From NCBI GenBank assembly GCA_944391075.1, contig CALXSG010000003.1:22767-86766 (forward strand): 64,000 nt of DNA. The letters are read 5' to 3'. The DNA comes from an uncultured Rickettsiales bacterium. GTDB taxonomy: Bacteria > Pseudomonadota > Alphaproteobacteria > Rickettsiales > UBA1997. Below are positions 36,463 through 48,031 of this stretch, one piece after another (the first letter of the stretch is position 1; the number at the start of each line of letters is the position of its first letter). The position numbers were made by a program, and so were the translations under genes. The notes beneath the pieces are model-generated. The model searched no databases and was not told the origin of the DNA. It was given only the letters and a program-made list of their open reading frames with translations.

Positions 36463-37824
36463 ATGAGTAAGAAATTATTTGGTACTGATGGTATTAGAGG
36501 AAGAGCAAATAAATACCCTTTAACTGTTGATATGATTTCAAAAATTGGTATGGCTATTGGTGCTGTTTTAAAACACGAAGGTCATAGAAATAATATTGTT
36601 ATTGGAAAAGATACTAGACTATCTGGCTATATGATTGAAGATGCTTTAGCCGCTGGTTTAAATGCTGTTGGTATTGATGTATTATTATTGGGACCTATAC
36701 CAACACCTGGTGTTGCTATGCTTACAAAATCAATGAAAGCAGATATTGGTATTGTTATTTCTGCTTCTCATAATCCATATTATGATAATGGTATTAAATT
36801 ATTTAATGCTAGTGGTATAAAATTTCCTGATGATATTGAAAAAGAAATCGAAGAATGTTTAGAAAATGGAGAATATGAAAAATACTTAGCTAGTGATGAT
36901 AAAATAGGTAGAAGAACTGTTTCTGAACATGGTTTATATCAACAAAGATATATACAATTTTTAAAAAGTACATTTCCACGAAGTCTAACTCTTGATGGTA
37001 TAAAAATTGCCTTAGATTGTGCTAATGGTGCATCTTACAAAATTGCTCCAACTGTACTTAGTGAATTAGGAGCAGAATTGTTTATTATAGGCAATCAACC
37101 TAATGGTACAAATATCAATCAAGAGTGTGGTTCAACTGATATTAGGAAACTACAAGAATTAGTGGTTGAGAAGGGAGCCAATTTAGGTATTGCACTTGAT
37201 GGTGATGCTGATAGAATTATTATTGTGGATGAAAAAGGACAAGAAATTGACGGTGATAAAATTATTGCTTTAATTGCTCAAAAGATGTTATCAACAGGTG
37301 AATTAATGGGAAATACTGTTGTTGTTACTCAAATGTCTAATTTAGGACTTGAAAAATATTTGAATTCATTAGGACTTGATGTTGTTAGAACACAAGTTGG
37401 TGATAGGTATGTTGCAGAAGAAATGAGAAAGAATGGTTATAATATAGGTGGTGAACAATCCGGACATATTATTTTAGGCGATTATTCAACAACTGGTGAT
37501 GGTGTGCTTGTTGCTTTGCAAGTGTTAAGTATTTTAGCTTATGAAAAGAAAAAAATTAGTGAATTAGTAGAATTATATAAATCTGTTCCACAATTAATGA
37601 AAAATGTTGAATATGATAAAACACAAGCTAATCCACTAGAAAATCAAGAAGTAAAAGATTTTATTTCTTCTTGCGAAGAGAAATTAAAAGGAAATGGTCG
37701 ATTATTAATTAGAAAGTCGGGAACTCAACCTTTAATTAGAGTTATGGTTGAAAGTACAGATGAAAAACTTATGAATAATATAGTTGATGATATAGTTGCT
37801 AAAATTAAATCAAAATTATCATAA
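36463..37824 (+). CDS. glmM: phosphoglucosamine mutase
   Basis: LFGTDGIRG, active-site SASHNPYYDNGIK, DGDADR, GGEQSGH. Confidence 0.95.
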   Translation: MSKKLFGTDGIRGRANKYPLTVDMISKIGMAIGAVLKHEGHRNNIVIGKDTRLSGYMIEDALAAGLNAVGIDVLLLGPIPTPGVAMLTKSMKADIGIVISASHNPYYDNGIKLFNASGIKFPDDIEKEIEECLENGEYEKYLASDDKIGRRTVSEHGLYQQRYIQFLKSTFPRSLTLDGIKIALDCANGASYKIAPTVLSELGAELFIIGNQPNGTNINQECGSTDIRKLQELVVEKGANLGIALDGDADRIIIVDEKGQEIDGDKIIALIAQKMLSTGELMGNTVVVTQMSNLGLEKYLNSLGLDVVRTQVGDRYVAEEMRKNGYNIGGEQSGHIILGDYSTTGDGVLVALQVLSILAYEKKKISELVELYKSVPQLMKNVEYDKTQANPLENQEVKDFISSCEEKLKGNGRLLIRKSGTQPLIRVMVESTDEKLMNNIVDDIVAKIKSKLS

Positions 37825-37918
37825 TTAAATAATAGTAAAGTATACTTTTTAGTATATTTTACTATTGCAAAATAATAATATAAAAATAGTATATTTTTAT
37901 ACACTTTTAAATTTTAAA

Positions 37919-39208
37919 ATGCTTTTTGAGGATAATAAAACACAACCACTTGCTGATAGAATTAGGCCGGATGATTTTAGTTTGATCACCGGACAAGATC
38001 ATTTATTTAACGAAAATGGTATTATTACTAGAATAGTTAATAGTGGTAAAATTCCATCTATGATATTATGGGGGCCAGCAGGTTGCGGTAAAACTACAAC
38101 TGCAAAAATATTAGCAAAAAAGAGCGGTTTACAAGTTGAAATATTATCTGCTACAAATAGTGGTGCTAGTGATTTAAGAAATGTTTTTGAAAAAGCTGAA
38201 AAATTAAAAAAAGATGGCAGAGCTACAATTTTATTAGTTGATGAAATACATTGTTTTAAAAGAAATCAACAAGATTTATTTTTGCCATATATTGAAAATG
38301 GAACAATTACATTAATTGGTGCAACAACTGAAAACCCTTCATTTGAATTAAATGCTGCATTATTATCAAGATGTCGTTTAATAATTTTTAATTCATTAGA
38401 TCAAGAAGCTTTATTAAAATTAATTACAAGAGCAGAAGAAAAAGAAGGTAAAAAATTAAATATTACAGAAGATGCTAGAAAAACTTTATGTGATATTTCT
38501 GGTTCTGATGGACGATATTTATTAAATATGTGTGAAGAATTATTTAATTCTAATTTAAAAAAAGAATTAAATAGTGATGAATTATTAAATTTTTTACAAA
38601 GAAAAACTGCAAATTATGATAAATCAAGGGACGGACATTATAATTTAATTAGTGCCTTACATAAATCTGTTAGGGGTTCTGATGTGCAAGCTTCATTATA
38701 TTGGTGTGCTAGAATGATGATTGCCGGCGAAGATCCACATTATCTTTTTAGAAGACTTACAAGAATGGCTATGGAAGATATAGGTATGGCAGATCCTAAT
38801 GCATTGGTTCAAGCAATTAATGCTAGACAAGCATATGATTTATTAGGAAGTCCAGAAGGTGATATTGCCATCACTAATCTTGTAATATATTTAGCTAATT
38901 GTCCCAAATCTAATTCTGGTGAAATTGCATTTATGGATGTAATGAATGCTGTTAAAGGACATTCTTATAATCCACCAAAACATATATTAAATGCCCCTAC
39001 AAAAGTTATGAAAGAATTAGGTTATAGTGATGGTTATATTTATGATCACGATACTCCTAATTGCTTTTCAGGGCAGAATTATTTTCCAACAGAATTTCCT
39101 AGAAGAACTTTTTATACTCCTAATGAAAGGGGTTTTGAAAGAGAAATTAAAAAAAGAATTGATTATTGGGAAACATTAAGAAAAAAATTAAATAATAAAA
39201 ATAATTAA
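37919..39208 (+). CDS. rarA: replication-associated recombination protein A (RarA/MgsA AAA+ ATPase)
   Basis: PLADRIRP, Walker A GPAGCGKTT, Walker B LLVDEIH, GATTENPSFE, and the MgsA C-terminal domain (HYNLISALHKSVRGSD.., YLA..PKSN). The ATG at 37919 is preferred over the track's TTG at 37865. Confidence 0.9.
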   Translation: MLFEDNKTQPLADRIRPDDFSLITGQDHLFNENGIITRIVNSGKIPSMILWGPAGCGKTTTAKILAKKSGLQVEILSATNSGASDLRNVFEKAEKLKKDGRATILLVDEIHCFKRNQQDLFLPYIENGTITLIGATTENPSFELNAALLSRCRLIIFNSLDQEALLKLITRAEEKEGKKLNITEDARKTLCDISGSDGRYLLNMCEELFNSNLKKELNSDELLNFLQRKTANYDKSRDGHYNLISALHKSVRGSDVQASLYWCARMMIAGEDPHYLFRRLTRMAMEDIGMADPNALVQAINARQAYDLLGSPEGDIAITNLVIYLANCPKSNSGEIAFMDVMNAVKGHSYNPPKHILNAPTKVMKELGYSDGYIYDHDTPNCFSGQNYFPTEFPRRTFYTPNERGFEREIKKRIDYWETLRKKLNNKNN

Positions 39209-39256
39209 AATTTTATAAATAATTTAGTATTTTTTATAAAGTACTTACTTATGTAA

Positions 39257-39294
39257 AAATAAAAAACCACCAGAAAATTGGTGGTTAATTTTAT
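39257..39294. terminator. bidirectional terminator between convergent rarA and rpoD
   Basis: aaccacca-gaaaat-tggtggtt (39265-39286), flanked by an A-run on the left and a T-rich run on the right. Confidence 0.65.
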
Positions 39295-39310
39295 TTATTA
39301 AAAATATATT

Positions 39311-41365
39311 TTAATTTTCTTCTAAGAAAATTTTTAATTTTCCTGCTCTTTTTGGATGTTTTAATTTTCTTAAAGCTTTTGCTTCAATTTGTCTAATTCT
39401 TTCTCTTGTAACTGAGAATTGTTTTCCAACATCTTCAAGTGTGTTATCACTTTCCATACCAATACCAAATCTCATTCTTAAAACTCTTTCTTCTCTTGAA
39501 GTTAAGCCTGATAATAAATTATTTGTAATTTCTTTTAAATTACTATACATTGTAGCTTTAAGTGGTGAAACTGCTGACTTATCTTCAATAAGTTCCCCAA
39601 CCATACTTTCGTCATCATCATTTCCAATAGGCGATTCTAGACTTACTGGGTCTCTAGCTGTTCTTAAAACTTTTCTAACTTTTTCAACAGGAACTAAAAG
39701 TTTGTCCGCTATTTCTTGTGCAGTAGGGTTTCTTCCTAATTCTTGTGTTAATTGTCTAGAAGCTTTTGAAATCTTATTGATTGTTTCAACCATATGAATA
39801 GGAACTCTAATTGTTCTAGATTGATCTGCTATTGCTCTTGTAATACCTTGTCTAATCCACCATGTTGCATAAGTTGAAAATTTATAACCCCTTTTATATT
39901 CAAACTTATCAACAGCTCTCATTAAACCAATATTACCTTCTTGTATTAAATCTAAGAATTGTAAACCTCTATTAGCATATTTTTTAGCAATAGAAACAAC
40001 AAGTCTAAGGTTGGCTTGTATCATGTCTTTTTTTGCTTTACTCTCTTCATCTTTACCTTCATAAACATTTTTTATAAATTTTTTAAAATCAGGAATAGTT
40101 AAACCAACAACTTTTTCAACTTTTGACATTTTATTATGTAAATCTTTTAATTCTTCTGGTTTATTTTTACATAATTCTTGCCATTGCTGTTCTTTTGAAT
40201 TAAGTATATCTTCATACCAATTTGCATTGTATTCAGGATAACCATAAATTTTTAAAACTTCTTTTTTAGTTATACCTTCATCATCACACATTGTAACTAA
40301 TTCTTTTTCGATGCTTTCAATTCTAGCTTTTGCCTTTTCAATTTCTTTTAATATTAATTGAATTAAACCATCATTTAATGGAATATCAAGCATTACGTTA
40401 ATAAGTTTATTTTGTAATTCTGCTAATTTTTCGTTATTTTCTAAATTTGAAATATTATTATTATCTTTTATATTTGATAAAATAACCTTTACAATATCAA
40501 CAGCTTGTTCTAAAACTTTTAAAACCTTAGGTAATAAACTTCTTTCCATTGTTGAAAATGGTGTAATACTTTCTTCATCATCTAATTCTTCAACATCAGC
40601 ATCCAAATCTTTTGAATCATCCAAATCATCAACATCATCATAATCATCATAATTATCACCATCATCATCACTAAAAATAGAGCTTATGTCATTTGAATTA
40701 ATAGATTCTAAATCATTTTCTTTATCAGCTTTTGAAATTGCTTCATCTAATTCACTGCTATATGTTTCATCAATTCTTACAATATCTCTTAATAACATTG
40801 TTCCATTAGATAAACCATTATACCAGTCAATTATATACCTCATAACAAAAGGTGCAGAATAAATATTTTGTAAAACTTTATTTCTTCCATTTTCAATTTT
40901 AATAGCAATATTTACCTCATCCTCTCTACTTAACAATGGAATATTGCTCATTAATCTAAGATATGATTTTACAGGATCGTTTGTATGTCTACTAATAGTT
41001 TCTTCTTTCAAGTCGACATTATGACTATCTTCATTTTGATAGATTTTATATTCTTCTGTACTATTAAGTAATTTAATGTCTAATTCATCTAAAACAGAAT
41101 ATAATTCTTCTATTTTATCTATTTTTATAATACTATCTTTTAAAGTATTATTAATTTCATCATAAAGCAAAAATCCTTTTTCTTTACCTAACAAAATTAA
41201 TTTTTTAACTTTTGCATCTTTTAAGAAAGACTTATTTTCTAAATCATTTAAATTAGAAAGCCCATTTTTTAAAATTTTATTTACATTTTTTGAAGTATTT
41301 GATAACTTTTGATTAAGATTTTCATTATCTAAATTTTTGACACTTTTTTCTTTAATACTAGTCAT
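39311..41365 (-). CDS. rpoD: RNA polymerase sigma factor RpoD (sigma-70)
   Basis: Regions 1.2-4.2 are recognisable ([83 protein letters not shown]). A non-conserved acidic insert is present. The ATG at 41365 is preferred over the track's TTG at 41425. Confidence 0.95.
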   Translation of the reverse strand: MTSIKEKSVKNLDNENLNQKLSNTSKNVNKILKNGLSNLNDLENKSFLKDAKVKKLILLGKEKGFLLYDEINNTLKDSIIKIDKIEELYSVLDELDIKLLNSTEEYKIYQNEDSHNVDLKEETISRHTNDPVKSYLRLMSNIPLLSREDEVNIAIKIENGRNKVLQNIYSAPFVMRYIIDWYNGLSNGTMLLRDIVRIDETYSSELDEAISKADKENDLESINSNDISSIFSDDDGDNYDDYDDVDDLDDSKDLDADVEELDDEESITPFSTMERSLLPKVLKVLEQAVDIVKVILSNIKDNNNISNLENNEKLAELQNKLINVMLDIPLNDGLIQLILKEIEKAKARIESIEKELVTMCDDEGITKKEVLKIYGYPEYNANWYEDILNSKEQQWQELCKNKPEELKDLHNKMSKVEKVVGLTIPDFKKFIKNVYEGKDEESKAKKDMIQANLRLVVSIAKKYANRGLQFLDLIQEGNIGLMRAVDKFEYKRGYKFSTYATWWIRQGITRAIADQSRTIRVPIHMVETINKISKASRQLTQELGRNPTAQEIADKLLVPVEKVRKVLRTARDPVSLESPIGNDDDESMVGELIEDKSAVSPLKATMYSNLKEITNNLLSGLTSREERVLRMRFGIGMESDNTLEDVGKQFSVTRERIRQIEAKALRKLKHPKRAGKLKIFLEEN

Positions 41366-41390
41366 TTTTTTAAAAAAATTATTAACCCCT

Positions 41391-43211
41391 TCAAACAAAA
41401 CTACTATTAGAAAGAAGTCTACCAATTTTATCTTTTAAATTTAGTAGTTCTTCATTTAGTTTTTTTGTTTTTATAATATCACCTATTTCAGATGCTTCTT
41501 TTAAATCGAACTCCACTAACATTACTTCTTTTTCTAGCAACAGTATATTAATCATTTCAAGGCTTTTACCTTCTGTTAAGCTACCAATACAGGAGTTATT
41601 AAAAAAAATATCACAATTACTAATATAGGTATCTAAATCATTTTTTACAAGTAAATTTTTTAATTTTTTTTGAAATTCATTTTTATCATCCAGAGCCATA
41701 CACTCTTCAATTAATAAAATAATCGAATTACATTTATCATTTAAAAAATTTATTGAAAAAATATCTATTTTATATTTTTCAAAAATATCTTTTATTATGT
41801 CTGGAAAATTTATTAATAAAAAACAAATCTTTTTTTCTATTTTTTCCATTACATCAATATTAATGGTATTTTTAATATTTTTTAATGTTTCAGTTTTAAT
41901 ATTTGATTTATTATTAATATTATTTGATATTCTATTTAATTTCCATAACTTATTTCTATAAAATTGTTCAAAATGGCTTTTTAATTTTAAATCTTTAACA
42001 GTGTCTAATAATTTAAAAATATTATTTTCTAATTCTGCTTTTTTTTCTGGTATAATTTCTTTTTCTTCATCAATTTTTAAATTTTTTAATTCAGTATCCC
42101 ATAAATAATCAGAAAGTGAAATAGAATTTTTTAATAAATTATCAAACTCATTTTTTCCGTGTTGTTTTATAAAATCATCTGGATCAATATTTTGCGGTAA
42201 AAAAACAAATTTAATATTTTTACCAATTTTAATTAATGGAAGAACTAATCTTGATAATCTAATAGAAGCTTTTTGTCCTGCTGAATCACCATCTAAACAA
42301 ACAAAAATAGTACTAGTTGCTTTCCATAATTCTTGTATTTGATTTTCCGTAATTCCAGTTCCCATAGGTGCGACAACATTTTCAACTCCATTAATAAATA
42401 ATGAAATTGCGTCCATATTTCCTTCAACTAATACAGCATAATCTTCACTAAAAATTGCTTTTCGTGCAAAAAAATAATTAAATAAAGTATAACCCTTTTT
42501 ATAAATTTTTGTTTCAGGTGAATTCATATATTTTGGCATGCCATCATCTAAAATTCTGCCCGTAAAAGCTATTACTCTTCCTTTTTTATCAAGAACAGGA
42601 AACATTAATCTATTTCTAAATTTATCATAGTAATTATTATTATCACCTTTTGCAATAACACCACTTTTTTCTATAATTTTTTCATCATAACCTAAACTTT
42701 TTAAATGATTTAAAAGAGATGAATAATCATCTTTTGCATAACCAAGTCTAAATTGCTTAATATTACTTATTTTAAGTCCTCTTTTTTGTGCATAAGTTAG
42801 TGCTGGTTTTCCATAAAATTCAAATAAATTTTTTTCAAAAAATTTACAAGATTCTTCATTAATTTTATAAATTAAATCTATTTCATCAATTTCTTCTTTT
42901 TTTTCTATTTTTTTCTTTTCGATTTTCGGTAAAGGTATACCATATAAATTTGCGATGTATTCAATAGCTTCTTTAAAATTTAATCTTTCCATTTCCATAA
43001 TAAATGTAAAAATATTTCCACTTTTTCCACAACCAAAACAATGATAAATTCCTTTAATATCGCTAACAGAAAAAGATGGTGTTTTTTCATGATGAAATGG
43101 ACAGCATGCAACAAAATCCCTTCCTCTTTTTTTAAGAGTTATTTTTCTTCCAATCAAATCGGAGAGTTGAACTGTATTTTCCAACTCTTTTATAAAAGAT
43201 TCAGGATACAT
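41391..43211 (-). CDS. dnaG: DNA primase
   Basis: Zinc ribbon [15 protein letters not shown]....HCFGCG. TOPRIM region ([23 protein letters not shown]). Confidence 0.9.
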   Translation of the reverse strand: MYPESFIKELENTVQLSDLIGRKITLKKRGRDFVACCPFHHEKTPSFSVSDIKGIYHCFGCGKSGNIFTFIMEMERLNFKEAIEYIANLYGIPLPKIEKKKIEKKEEIDEIDLIYKINEESCKFFEKNLFEFYGKPALTYAQKRGLKISNIKQFRLGYAKDDYSSLLNHLKSLGYDEKIIEKSGVIAKGDNNNYYDKFRNRLMFPVLDKKGRVIAFTGRILDDGMPKYMNSPETKIYKKGYTLFNYFFARKAIFSEDYAVLVEGNMDAISLFINGVENVVAPMGTGITENQIQELWKATSTIFVCLDGDSAGQKASIRLSRLVLPLIKIGKNIKFVFLPQNIDPDDFIKQHGKNEFDNLLKNSISLSDYLWDTELKNLKIDEEKEIIPEKKAELENNIFKLLDTVKDLKLKSHFEQFYRNKLWKLNRISNNINNKSNIKTETLKNIKNTINIDVMEKIEKKICFLLINFPDIIKDIFEKYKIDIFSINFLNDKCNSIILLIEECMALDDKNEFQKKLKNLLVKNDLDTYISNCDIFFNNSCIGSLTEGKSLEMINILLLEKEVMLVEFDLKEASEIGDIIKTKKLNEELLNLKDKIGRLLSNSSFV

Positions 43212-43273
43212 AATATATTTTTTTGTTACATTAAAAAAATAAAAAAAATTACAAAAAAATCAAGAAATAATAA

Positions 43274-44641
43274 CTATTTATTCAAGACGCTTTCTTGCTG
43301 TTGTCTTCTTGCTATTTCTCTTGAAACAAAAGATTGTTTTGCTGTTTCACAAAGAGCATTACTTATTTTTACTCCATCTTTAAGAAAATAATTCATAACT
43401 TTATGATGTTTTAATTTTTTTCTTTTTATATCATACATTTCTTGTCTTATTCTAAAATTTAAATACATTCTCTTAAAATCTTTACTTAATTCAGCTTGTT
43501 TTTTTGCTCTTAATAAATAATCATAATTTTTGTTAATTAATACAAAATTTTCTAAATTTTTGATTGAAGGATCTTTATTATAATTATTGATACAATTAGC
43601 TAAGCAATTATTTTTATCAACCATACCTTTAATATCTTTTTCTAATTGCACATAACCACCACAACCATCAAAATATATTTTTTTTGATGTTGCTGAGTGT
43701 CTTGTGCCATAGCCATTCTTTAAATTATGTAATTCAATATCATATATTTGTCTATTTAATGCATTAGGGCATAAGAAATATAATGTACTTGTTTTTTCGG
43801 GGTCATTTAATGAATCTAATTTATCAGCTGCAACAATCGTACCTAATGTATTTGCATGTTTTCCAAAAGTAACCGGTTGAATTGCTACATTATATTTACT
43901 AAGATGTTTCTTAGCCATTTTTTTCATAATTTCAATTTCTGGTTTATCATCTTCTCTAAAACTTCTATTTGTACCAGTTTTTGATAATAATTCTACTGTT
44001 ATTTGCGAACGTAAATTTTCTGGTACTTTATCTAAGAATTTTTTAACTGCATTAAATTCTGTTTTTAAAAATATATGATTTGTGCCAAGCACTCTAAGTT
44101 TTAACTCTTCACCCTTTTTGAGATTATTTATGATTTCATTTACATCATATGTTTCTGATTTATGTATTTGTAAAGAATCAAAACATTTTTCAAATAAATC
44201 TTTATATGTTTCTAACTCTTTGAGTTTGCTTTTATTGATGATTAAATGTCTAATTGGAATAAGATTCAGTATTTTTTTATTATACATAAAATTCTTTTGT
44301 GTTAAATCAACAAATATATCACTAGCTGATTTATCTTTCAAAGCCCTATAATTTAAATTAATTTCATTATTTCCATCTACCATAAAAGCATCTTTTAGCT
44401 TATTGCCATTTAACGACATTGTCATTGACAATAAACCTAAAAAATTCTTTTCTTGTTCATAATCTGCTGTTTTTTTATATTTAAAATTAGACTCTTCTAA
44501 AAAATTTCTAGTTTGTTCTAAAATGGTTGGAGAAAAGTTTGCAGTATCATTACCTGTTAAAATATTAGACATTGAACCAGTAACTGATTCCAAAAAACTT
44601 TCATTATAAATTTTTTGTCTAACTCTTATTTCTTCTAACAT
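43274..44641 (-). CDS. hypothetical protein (possible CE-clan/Ulp1-like cysteine peptidase fold; weak)
   Basis: 455 aa with no signal peptide. It has only a motif-level resemblance: H262 (FGKHANTLG), D276 (KLDSL) and C327 (YFDGCGGYV), with spacing close to the Ulp1 His-Asp-Cys triad. Same strand as dnaG-rpoD, 62 bp upstream. Confidence 0.3.
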   Translation of the reverse strand: MLEEIRVRQKIYNESFLESVTGSMSNILTGNDTANFSPTILEQTRNFLEESNFKYKKTADYEQEKNFLGLLSMTMSLNGNKLKDAFMVDGNNEINLNYRALKDKSASDIFVDLTQKNFMYNKKILNLIPIRHLIINKSKLKELETYKDLFEKCFDSLQIHKSETYDVNEIINNLKKGEELKLRVLGTNHIFLKTEFNAVKKFLDKVPENLRSQITVELLSKTGTNRSFREDDKPEIEIMKKMAKKHLSKYNVAIQPVTFGKHANTLGTIVAADKLDSLNDPEKTSTLYFLCPNALNRQIYDIELHNLKNGYGTRHSATSKKIYFDGCGGYVQLEKDIKGMVDKNNCLANCINNYNKDPSIKNLENFVLINKNYDYLLRAKKQAELSKDFKRMYLNFRIRQEMYDIKRKKLKHHKVMNYFLKDGVKISNALCETAKQSFVSREIARRQQQESVLNK

Positions 44642-44777
44642 TAAGCACTCATCAAAATTATAATATATTATTATATCAAAAAAATTTTTTTTTGCAAGTT
44701 AAAAATAATAATATTAATTGTTTACAAATAAGATTTTTGTTTTTATTATATGATTTAAACACATTTTTAAATTATTT

Positions 44778-46259
44778 ATGACAAAAAAAGAAGCAAAATA
44801 CTTAAAAGAATATCATAATCTTTCTATGCTTGAGAAGTTAAAATACAATTTATCAAGTAATTTATTTAATAGTATAAAATCTAAAAAACCAGTTAACGAT
44901 TTACAAATTACCTTTTTAGGTGCAGCTAAGAGTGTTACTGGTTCTAAATATTTATTAGAGGTTGGTAAAACGAAAGTTTTAGTTGATTGTGGTTTATTTC
45001 AGGGTTTATATGAGCTTAGAAGAAGAAATTGGAATCCTTTACCTATTAACCCTAAGAATATTGATGCTGTTATATTGACTCATGCTCATTTAGATCATAG
45101 TGGTTATTTGCCACTATTGGTTAAAAATGGTTTTAGAGGAAAAATTTATTGCACATCATCTACTTATGATTTATGTAAAATTTTATTACCTGATTCGGGT
45201 TTTTTACAAGAAGAAGATGCTAGATATGCTAAAAAACATCATTATTCAAAACATAAAAATCCTAAACCATTGTATACTCAAAAAGATGCTGTTGCTACAT
45301 TTAGATATTTTAAATTAATTAATTTTGATGAAGATATAAAAATTAGTGATGATATTAGTTTTAGTGTTATACATGCTGGGCACATCATTGGTGCTGGAAG
45401 TATTATTGTTAAGGCAAAAGATAAAAAAATCTTATTCTCTGGTGATTTAGGAAGACCTAACTCTCCAATAGTTGCTGAACCTGATAAAATACCACTCGTT
45501 GATTATATTATTACAGAATCAACATATGGTGATAGATTACATTCAGAAAAAGATCCAATTGAAGAATTGGATGAAATTATTAATAAAACAGTAGCAAAAG
45601 GCGGAAAAATTATTATTCCTGCTTTCTCTGTTGGAAGAACTCAAAAAATACTTTATTATATTAATAAATTAAAGAATCAAGGAAGAATTCCGGATTTGCA
45701 AGTATTCTTAGATAGTCCTATGTCTATTAAAGTTACAAGTTTAGTCGAAGATTATGAAGATGAAGAAAAATTAAAAAGAGATGAATATGAGGATATTTAT
45801 AAATCCGTGAAATTCTGCGTGACAAGGGATCAATCTAAAAAGATATTTAATTATCCACAACCAGCAATTATAATTTCTGCTAGTGGTATGGCTACAGGTG
45901 GAAGAGTTTTACATCATATAGCTAACTATGGTCCAAAACCGAATTGTACTATTTTATTTGCAGGTTATCAAGCTGAAGGAACAAGAGGTAGAGATTTAAT
46001 AGATGGTAAAAAAGAAATTAAAATGCATGGACAAATTGTAAAAATACGAGCAAAAGTTGAAAAATTGTCAAATATGTCTGATCATGCTGATGCTAATGAA
46101 ATTATTGAGTGGTTAAAAAGTATGCCAGGTAAACCTAAAAAAGTTTTTATAACTCATGGTGAATTAGAAGCTAGCGAGGCACTTGCGCAGAGAATTAAAA
46201 AAGAATTAGGTTGGGAAACTGATATTCCTGATTATTTGGAAAAGGAAATTATAAAATAA
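44778..46259 (+). CDS. MBL-fold metallo-hydrolase with beta-CASP / RNA-metabolising C-terminal domain
   Basis: HAHLDHSG (HxHxDH), later H/D motifs (ESTYGDR; DHADANE), and the terminal THGE. Confidence 0.8.
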   Translation: MTKKEAKYLKEYHNLSMLEKLKYNLSSNLFNSIKSKKPVNDLQITFLGAAKSVTGSKYLLEVGKTKVLVDCGLFQGLYELRRRNWNPLPINPKNIDAVILTHAHLDHSGYLPLLVKNGFRGKIYCTSSTYDLCKILLPDSGFLQEEDARYAKKHHYSKHKNPKPLYTQKDAVATFRYFKLINFDEDIKISDDISFSVIHAGHIIGAGSIIVKAKDKKILFSGDLGRPNSPIVAEPDKIPLVDYIITESTYGDRLHSEKDPIEELDEIINKTVAKGGKIIIPAFSVGRTQKILYYINKLKNQGRIPDLQVFLDSPMSIKVTSLVEDYEDEEKLKRDEYEDIYKSVKFCVTRDQSKKIFNYPQPAIIISASGMATGGRVLHHIANYGPKPNCTILFAGYQAEGTRGRDLIDGKKEIKMHGQIVKIRAKVEKLSNMSDHADANEIIEWLKSMPGKPKKVFITHGELEASEALAQRIKKELGWETDIPDYLEKEIIK

Positions 46260-46281
46260 ATATTAATAATTAAGGTCGAAA

Positions 46282-46857
46282 ATGAAAAGAATTTTTATAC
46301 TTTTTGCATTATGTTGTTTATTTCTTATTAATAATGCAAATGCAGGCTTGCCATTAGGAGCTTATATTGGTTTTAAGGGTTCGTATTCTTCTGGACTTTC
46401 ATCAATATCAATAGACGAAATTTTATCATTGAGCGACAGTGATAATCCTGCTTTTTTTAGTGTAAGTGCTGGTGCTAGATTATTTAGGTTAAGAGCTGAA
46501 CTTGAATATACAAAAAGATATCACATGCAGACATTAACTTTAAATGATGGAAACACAAAAGATTTATCAAATGATTCTATTATGGGTAATTTGTATTATA
46601 ATTTTCTCGAATTGCCATTTATTAGATTATATATAAATGGTGGAATTGGTACAACAAAATATAGTACAAATTATGTAACAAATTCACCTACATTTTCATA
46701 TAGTGCGGGCGCAGGTGTTACATTAACATTAGCTGACACAACTTCTTTTGATATTGGTTACAGATATTTTGATATGGGCGATATTGAATTATTAGATTCA
46801 AGAAAAGTCGATATGCATTCTAATGATATATATATAAGTTTAAGAATGGGTTTCTAA
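46282..46857 (+). CDS. small outer-membrane beta-barrel protein (Omp25/OmpW/opacity-like)
   Basis: Signal peptide ending NANA, alternating amphipathic beta-strand pattern, aromatic C-terminus ...SLRMGF. Confidence 0.65.
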   Translation: MKRIFILFALCCLFLINNANAGLPLGAYIGFKGSYSSGLSSISIDEILSLSDSDNPAFFSVSAGARLFRLRAELEYTKRYHMQTLTLNDGNTKDLSNDSIMGNLYYNFLELPFIRLYINGGIGTTKYSTNYVTNSPTFSYSAGAGVTLTLADTTSFDIGYRYFDMGDIELLDSRKVDMHSNDIYISLRMGF

Positions 46858-46858
46858 T

Positions 46859-47482
46859 ATGAAACCATCTTGTGTATTTTGTGATTCTGTTGAGAATATA
46901 TTAGAGGAAACTGATAATTTTTATGTTAAAGTTGGTATAGGTATAGTCACTGCTGGTCATGTGATGGTTATTCCTAAATATCATTATAAGGCCATGGGCG
47001 CAATCAAATCAGACCTAATTAATGAATATTTAACATTAAAAGAAAAGGTTTACAAGAAAATTTCTAAAAATTTTAGTGAACCATTTTTAGTTGAATATGG
47101 TGGTTATGCACAATCAGTTTTTCATGCACATTTACATTTTATTCCTAAAACAGGAAATGGTTATCAAAATATAGACATACTTAATAGTATATTATTAAAT
47201 GCAAAAAATAATATTGATTTTGAATTAGTGGATATTAATAACTTTGATGAATTGCAAACATTTTACAATACATATCATGAATATTTTTATTTTGAAGATA
47301 AAAAGATGTATATAGTTAAAATAAATGATAATGTAAGAAATAACGTAAATTTATTTAGTTATAGGAATTTTTTTACAAAATTAGGTTTAACAGGAATTTC
47401 AAGTTGGGCTAAAATGACAGATGAAGATAAAAAACAAGATGCAATAAAAATAAATAAAACAATTGAAGAATATAAAAAATAA
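46859..47482 (+). CDS. HIT (histidine triad) family protein
   Basis: CVFCD near the N-terminus, GHVMVIPKYHY, and the histidine triad HAHLHFIP. Confidence 0.65.
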   Translation: MKPSCVFCDSVENILEETDNFYVKVGIGIVTAGHVMVIPKYHYKAMGAIKSDLINEYLTLKEKVYKKISKNFSEPFLVEYGGYAQSVFHAHLHFIPKTGNGYQNIDILNSILLNAKNNIDFELVDINNFDELQTFYNTYHEYFYFEDKKMYIVKINDNVRNNVNLFSYRNFFTKLGLTGISSWAKMTDEDKKQDAIKINKTIEEYKK

Positions 47483-47497
47483 AAATATAAAATAAAT

Positions 47498-48031
47498 TTA
47501 TTTACAAAGTTCTCTCATTCTTTTATAGGCTCTTGTTAAGCCTTTTAATGAATATTCGTCAACTATATATTCTGATTTTGATGATTCAGCCCGAACTTTT
47601 AATAAATAACCACTTAATAAATTACTAATAATTTCTTTATCTTGTTGTTTATTTTTTGCCCAGGCTATATCATTTTTTGTAAACATGGTATATTGTTTTC
47701 CATCTATGGAAATATGTATATCACTTCCTATCTTGTATTCAAAGCCAGAATATATACTAACCTCTTCAACACCTTTGTCTTTAAATTTTGTGATTAGTAT
47801 ATATGGTTCTCTAGCGTTTTTATAATTTCCTATACTTTTTTTAGGAAAAGAAACAACATAACACTTTTGCTCTTCTCCTAAGTCCGTTAAAGTAAAAACA
47901 GACCAATCATAATAAATACCATCCAGTGTTTGTGTGGCATATACATGATTGATATTAAAAAGATTAAATATAAATAATAACGCTAATATATTCTTAGATA
48001 TCAAAAATATTTTATTATTTACTTTTATCAT
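47498..48031 (-). CDS. invasion-associated locus B (IalB)-like periplasmic protein
   Basis: Signal peptide, DWSVFT...QKCYVVS, and the C-terminus ..YSLKGLTRAYKRMRELC. This resembles the IalB family pattern (W..C .. FSLxGFxxA...L..C). Confidence 0.55.
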   Translation of the reverse strand: MIKVNNKIFLISKNILALLFIFNLFNINHVYATQTLDGIYYDWSVFTLTDLGEEQKCYVVSFPKKSIGNYKNAREPYILITKFKDKGVEEVSIYSGFEYKIGSDIHISIDGKQYTMFTKNDIAWAKNKQQDKEIISNLLSGYLLKVRAESSKSEYIVDEYSLKGLTRAYKRMRELCK

